This document shows positions 60,106-64,000 of a DNA stretch of 64,000 nt, piece after piece. The DNA is from Microgenomates group bacterium. GTDB taxonomy: Bacteria > Patescibacteriota > Microgenomatia > Daviesbacterales > UBA10151. Under the pieces are notes generated by a model. The model saw only the letters and a list, made by a program, of their open reading frames with translations. It made no database searches and was not told where the DNA came from. Both the position numbers and the translations under genes were made by a program. Every line of letters starts with the position of its first letter. Positions within the stretch are counted from its first letter, which is position 1. The stretch lies in the NCBI GenBank assembly GCA_041659805.1, contig JBAZXP010000001.1, positions 128,589 to 192,588 of the forward strand, read 5' to 3'.

Positions 60106-60885
60106 TTATACCAATAATAATCCATTCCCATATCTAAGATACTGCCCAGAAGTCATCAGCTCATGAATATAGGCATACCTCTCAAAACTGTTTCTCTGAG
60201 GTTTATCTGATTTTAAATCACAATATTTGATGATAGATGCCAAAAATATTGATAAAGATTTCCATTTAAGTTCATCGTTATCTCCTGTAACAAAATAGTG
60301 ACCCCATTTTTCACCGTTTATGTCTTTTTTTGTAATCATACCTTCTCTTAAACAAAGTATTGTTTCTGGATATTCTGCAAACTGACAAGGTTGTTTTGAC
60401 TTATACCATTTATTTAGTTTAGAGGGCGATAATTTTTCTCCACGAAAAGCAAATATTAACCCTCCTATTACTCCATGCCTTTCTGTATTGGCAATACTAA
60501 TCTTTTTTACTTTCTGAATCAGGCTAGTTGAGTCAATAAAATCTTGTTTAGAAAAGGATGTTTTTATTTTTATAACACAACATACCGCTTCGGGATAAAT
60601 AATTACAAAATCGTCATATCTAGCAAGAATACAACCGCTTTCATTTTCATCTATCACCATTAAATCTATCTGAGGGCTTATATTGTCTTTATCAAAATAA
60701 ATAAAACCAGTTTTAAGTGAAAACCTATTAGGAAGAAAGTTTTTTATTAGATCCCTTAAAACATACTCATGATAACTTCCTTTTTCTGATGGATGATTGT
60801 CTATTAGAGAATTAATTCTATCAAGCTTACTGTCTAATTCTTTTGCAAGACTTTTAAAGTAATGTTCATCCTTAATAAGTGGCAT
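60106..60885 (-). CDS. DUF6602-like putative nuclease-fold protein
   Basis: H..EKG..HE, TGF, SPQIDLMVID and YPEAV. Confidence 0.7.
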   Translation of the reverse strand: MPLIKDEHYFKSLAKELDSKLDRINSLIDNHPSEKGSYHEYVLRDLIKNFLPNRFSLKTGFIYFDKDNISPQIDLMVIDENESGCILARYDDFVIIYPEAVCCVIKIKTSFSKQDFIDSTSLIQKVKKISIANTERHGVIGGLIFAFRGEKLSPSKLNKWYKSKQPCQFAEYPETILCLREGMITKKDINGEKWGHYFVTGDNDELKWKSLSIFLASIIKYCDLKSDKPQRNSFERYAYIHELMTSGQYLRYGNGLLLV

Positions 60886-60922
60886 TTTGTTTAATTTGGC
60901 AGATTAAAATAATAGATTTTTG

Positions 60923-61257
60923 CTCCTCGACCAGGACTCGAACCTGGAACCTTCTCGTTACAAGTGCCCTTCTGTTACCAAAAGGCTTGGACTATCTCAT
61001 AACCGTGATCCACCAAAGTAGATTTTAGGTCCTAGGTATATAGTCTCTACACGTTTATCCTTCGACTCCGCTCAGGACTATAGTCCTAAACTTCGTTTGG
61101 GAATTTAGCTCGGGATTATCCTTCGACTTCGCTCAGGATCGTTGATCCTTTGATTAATCTTAAGGACTTCCCCGAATTAGCCCAGTTTCCATTCTGATAT
61201 TTCTATCAGAAGCTGCGATTCCCACAGCGAGCCGCTCTACCATTGAGCTATCGAGGA
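60923..61257 (-). tRNA. tRNA-Asn(GUU), intron-containing (exons 61224-61257 and 60923-60960)
   Basis: Joined exons TCCTCGATAGCTCAATGGTAGAGCGGCTCGCTGT|TAACGAGAAGGTTCCAGGTTCGAGTCCTGGTCGAGGAG form a cloverleaf with a GTT anticodon. Confidence 0.9.
60961..61223 (-). ncRNA. Group I intron (263 nt) between anticodon positions 35 and 36
   Basis: 5' exon ends in U and intron ends in G; P AATTCGGGAA, Q AATCCCGAGC, R GTAGAGACTA, S GAGATAGTCC (P7 GACTA/TAGTC). Confidence 0.88.
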
Positions 61258-61266
61258 TTATATTTC

Positions 61267-61725
61267 AATTAAAAATTTATAATTTAGAATTGATAATTTA
61301 TTTAAAGTGCTAAAACCATTACTCTTTTAGTTTCGACCTTTTTACAATCGTCACTAAGATTTTAATGATTTCTCTTGTCTCTTCTATGAGACTTGCTAAT
61401 TTTACCTCAGATACGAGTCCACTTTCAACAATTATTCTTAACCAGTACTCTGTCTCCTTTGCTTCCTTTAAAGATATTGTTAAGGAACGGATAAATTCTT
61501 TCTTTGAACTACAATTTTGAGCCTCCTCAATATTGGCACCAACGCTGGTTCCGGATCTAACAACCTGACTGGAAATTGCAAAACCTACTGCATTTTTAGG
61601 AAGAGAGGATGCCAATTTAACAATTCTAACTGCAAACTTAAAAGTTCTTTCTCTAATGTCAAAAATTTTTCCTGAATCATTTGGCATTTTGTTTTAATTA
61701 TACATTCTACATTATCAATTCTATA
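61267..61725. mobile_element. Candidate element: four-helix-bundle gene between inverted heptamer arrays
   Basis: Arrays at 61267-61300 and 61692-61725; 13-bp IR TAGAATTGATAAT/ATTATCAATTCTA. Confidence 0.5.
61319..61687 (-). CDS. Four helix bundle protein (23S rRNA IVP / Avd-like family)
   Basis: QVVRSGTSVGANIEEA..SKKEF..ISLKEAKETEYWL. Confidence 0.92.
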   Translation of the reverse strand: MPNDSGKIFDIRERTFKFAVRIVKLASSLPKNAVGFAISSQVVRSGTSVGANIEEAQNCSSKKEFIRSLTISLKEAKETEYWLRIIVESGLVSEVKLASLIEETREIIKILVTIVKRSKLKE

Positions 61726-61736
61726 TTGAATAAAGC

Positions 61737-61765
61737 TTGCTAAATAGCCTCAAAAAAGGTAAAAT
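61737..61765 (+). promoter_or_regulatory. Sigma70 promoter
   Basis: TTGCTA-17 bp-TAAAAT. Confidence 0.6.
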
Positions 61766-61771
61766 AGATTT

Positions 61772-61990
61772 GTTAGTTGATGCTAGAACTAGCACGTTCA
61801 TAAGACTGAACTGTGCAAAGCGCTCAACCTTCTTGAGCAAAAGACACAGATCTTCCGAAGTATCGGAGGCATCGTAGCTGTAACCAAACAGCGTTGATGA
61901 GTGCCACAAAGCATCCGGTCGGATTTTCGATTGAAATGAAGGGAATTCTTCTATACCCTGCCCAAAGGCAGGCAGGTTTTCCCTTTTAAA
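61772..61990 (+). ncRNA. Candidate structured leader RNA / ncRNA
   Basis: Closing helix GATGCT/AGCATC around four hairpins, followed by a terminator-like stem. Confidence 0.5.
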
Positions 61991-62043
61991 TAAAAAATAT
62001 TTTGTGTTTTTGCGTAGCCATTTTTAAGGCAAGGAAGTTTATT

Positions 62044-62556
62044 ATGGGAAAAGAAAAAGATTTAAAATACACAATTAGCTCTTGGGCTACTGCCGCTGTT
62101 ATTGCCGGTATTTCTTACTTACCTTTTGCCAAAAACGCAGAAGCCTTACCGTTTATTGAAATGGCAGTACAACCACAAAAACAGCTAATCCCCCCTGGAT
62201 ATCATCCTACCCAATACACCTGGACAGGAGATACCAGTTATTACACAGAGGATGGCTGTTATGGTTGCAGGGCCGACAGATTAATGGCCAACGGCAAACG
62301 TTTTGATGAAAATGCTTACACTATTGCTTTTATGAGAGCTCCGTTAGGCTCTAAAGTACTAATAACTAATGTAGCAACTGGAGAGTCTTGTGTGGCTGAA
62401 GTAACTGATCACGGAAATTTTGAAGAGAACAATCTAATTGCTGATTTATCAAAAGCAGTAAAAGAGACTCTTGGTGGAAGCAAATTAAGAATAGCTAAGA
62501 TTACCCTGCTGGAGCCAAACCCTCAAAACAGATATCGACTTCTTTGGGCTGATTAA
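62044..62556 (+). CDS. Exported RlpA-like double-psi beta-barrel protein (putative lytic transglycosylase)
   Basis: Signal peptide; TSYY, MANGKRFD, PLGSKVLITN, VTDHG and ADLS. Confidence 0.8.
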   Translation: MGKEKDLKYTISSWATAAVIAGISYLPFAKNAEALPFIEMAVQPQKQLIPPGYHPTQYTWTGDTSYYTEDGCYGCRADRLMANGKRFDENAYTIAFMRAPLGSKVLITNVATGESCVAEVTDHGNFEENNLIADLSKAVKETLGGSKLRIAKITLLEPNPQNRYRLLWAD

Positions 62557-62568
62557 AAAATGTGAATT

Positions 62569-63663
62569 TTATTCAAGATAATCTCTGAGTTTTTTGGCTC
62601 TGGTTGGATGTCTGAGTTTTCTAATTGCTTTAGCTTCAATTTGTCTGATTCTCTCACGGGTTACTCCAAATTCTTTACCCACTTCTTCCAAAGTTCTTTG
62701 TTTTCCATCTTCTATTCCAAATCTAAGTTGCAAGACTCTTTTTTCTCTTGGGGAAAGAGAGTCCAAAACCTCATCAAGATGAGCTCTAAGTAACGCACGG
62801 GTAGCCTGTTCATCTGGTTTTAAACCTGGTGCTTCAATAAAATCACCTAACTCTGAATCTTCCTCATCCCCTACTTTGGTAGCAAGTGAAGTTGGTTCCT
62901 GAGAAACTTTAATAATTTCTCTAGCCTTTGCTGGATCAATGCCTAATTCTTTAGCAACTTCTTCTGGGGTTGGTTCGCGACCTAAATCCTGCATTAATTT
63001 TCTTTGGGCTCTGTTAAATCGATTTATAGTTTCCACCATATGAACTGGAATACGGATGGTTCTGGCCTGATCTGCTAAAGCTCTGGTGATAGCTTGTCTA
63101 ATCCACCAGGTAGCATAAGTTGAAAATTTAAATCCTCTTTTCCAATCATATTTTTCTACTGCCCGCATTAACCCCATATTTCCTTCTTCAATTAAATCGA
63201 GTAAAGACATTCCCCTACCTACATATTTTTTAGCAATAGAAACAACTAATCTTAAGTTAGCACTGATTAATTTATCTTTAGCTCTTCTTTCCCCTTTTTC
63301 AGAAGCTTTTGCTAACTCTATTTCCTGTGCTGCTGTGAGAAGTGAGACGCGACCTATTTCTCTAAGGTATTGCCTGACAGGATCAGTGACAGATCCTTCA
63401 TCCATGGAGGCTAACATTTCCAATTCTTTTTCTAAATCAGTTGTTCCCCGCTCTGCTTCTGCCACCTCTTCTGTAGTACTTTCAAAAACATCAATTGAGG
63501 ATTCAATTAATTTACCGTAAAATGCGTCTAACTCTTCTACTTTTTCCTCAGGTTTAGGGAAAACCTGTAAAATTTCTTCCTGGGTGACAAAACCACGTTC
63601 GTGGCCCAGCTTCAGGAGCTTTTTTTCATCTAAATCAGCGACTTTTGTTTTTGCTTTTGCCAT
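62569..63663 (-). CDS. rpoD: Primary sigma factor RpoD
   Basis: [36 protein letters not shown] and [10 protein letters not shown]. Confidence 0.97.
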   Translation of the reverse strand: MAKAKTKVADLDEKKLLKLGHERGFVTQEEILQVFPKPEEKVEELDAFYGKLIESSIDVFESTTEEVAEAERGTTDLEKELEMLASMDEGSVTDPVRQYLREIGRVSLLTAAQEIELAKASEKGERRAKDKLISANLRLVVSIAKKYVGRGMSLLDLIEEGNMGLMRAVEKYDWKRGFKFSTYATWWIRQAITRALADQARTIRIPVHMVETINRFNRAQRKLMQDLGREPTPEEVAKELGIDPAKAREIIKVSQEPTSLATKVGDEEDSELGDFIEAPGLKPDEQATRALLRAHLDEVLDSLSPREKRVLQLRFGIEDGKQRTLEEVGKEFGVTRERIRQIEAKAIRKLRHPTRAKKLRDYLE

Positions 63664-63677
63664 ATTTATTATTTATA

Positions 63678-64000
63678 TTACAGATTTTTCAGTTTTAATG
63701 AAAGATCACGAAACCTTTTCGTTAAAACTTGTAACTGTTCCATTTTACCAAAACTCTGGGCATTTTTGATATCATCTGATAGTTTTTCTAAAGAGGCTTT
63801 AACTAAAGCCTTCTTTAACCCTGTCACTACCACATTGATTTCATCCAACCATGCCTTTGAGTTAGTTAATTTATCATCAATCTCTGTTAAATACAAGCCA
63901 TCTACTATAGGTATTAGTTCCTCAGGCAGGGTTTTAACAAAATCCGTGATTGAAAATGCTGCTGCTTTGAAGGAAATTGCATCTAAATATAATACCAGCA
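63678..64000 (-). CDS. C-terminal part of an upstream gene, probably DNA primase
   Basis: Frame open to the window edge; helical; dnaG-rpoD synteny only. Confidence 0.55.
   Translation of the reverse strand, partial: LVLYLDAISFKAAAFSITDFVKTLPEELIPIVDGLYLTEIDDKLTNSKAWLDEINVVVTGLKKALVKASLEKLSDDIKNAQSFGKMEQLQVLTKRFRDLSLKLKNL

Noticed and set aside
60923-61257. Calling the split tRNA Thr(UGU) or Val from one exon
   Set aside because: Joining at the U|...G| group I boundaries gives a 7-nt CTGTTAA loop, and the TCC start and G73 fit Asn.
61319-61687. Diversity-generating retroelement
   Set aside because: Avd-like gene only; no reverse transcriptase and no TR/VR pair seen in the window.
1-64000. 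CRISPR array, rRNA, IS transposase or prophage
   Set aside because: No regularly spaced repeats with spacers, no rRNA-like sequence, and no transposase or phage structural motifs recognised.

Overview
AT-rich chromosomal segment of a small-genome bacterium, most consistent with Patescibacteria (CPR, Microgenomates-like); this is inferred from gene repertoire, not from a database search. Standard genetic code. It carries housekeeping genes (polA, mutM, recF, ATP-dependent ligase, pth, trpS, ftsH, trxB, rpoD, probable dnaG end), an isoprenoid/Fe-S cluster (prenyl synthase, IPK, ispH, ferredoxin, iscS/iscU), a TA pair and an accessory tract beside tRNA-Asn. There are four tRNA genes: Met(CAU), fMet, a rare Ile(UAU) and Asn(GUU) split by a group I intron. 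The most notable signals are non-coding. (1) A four-helix-bundle (Avd-like) gene is bracketed by inverted 7-bp repeat arrays, with a gene-less copy 50 kb away and similar heptamer arrays inside housekeeping ORFs. (2) Two related 135-142 bp structured elements each follow a tRNA and end in a copy of that tRNA's 3' end. (3) REP-like hairpins sit in-frame in proteins and in the intron. (4) Two unannotated leader-peptide attenuators occur (trpS operon, ABC exporter). (5) A multi-stem RNA leader precedes an RlpA-like gene. (6) Many genes look leaderless. All structures were read by eye; none were computed.
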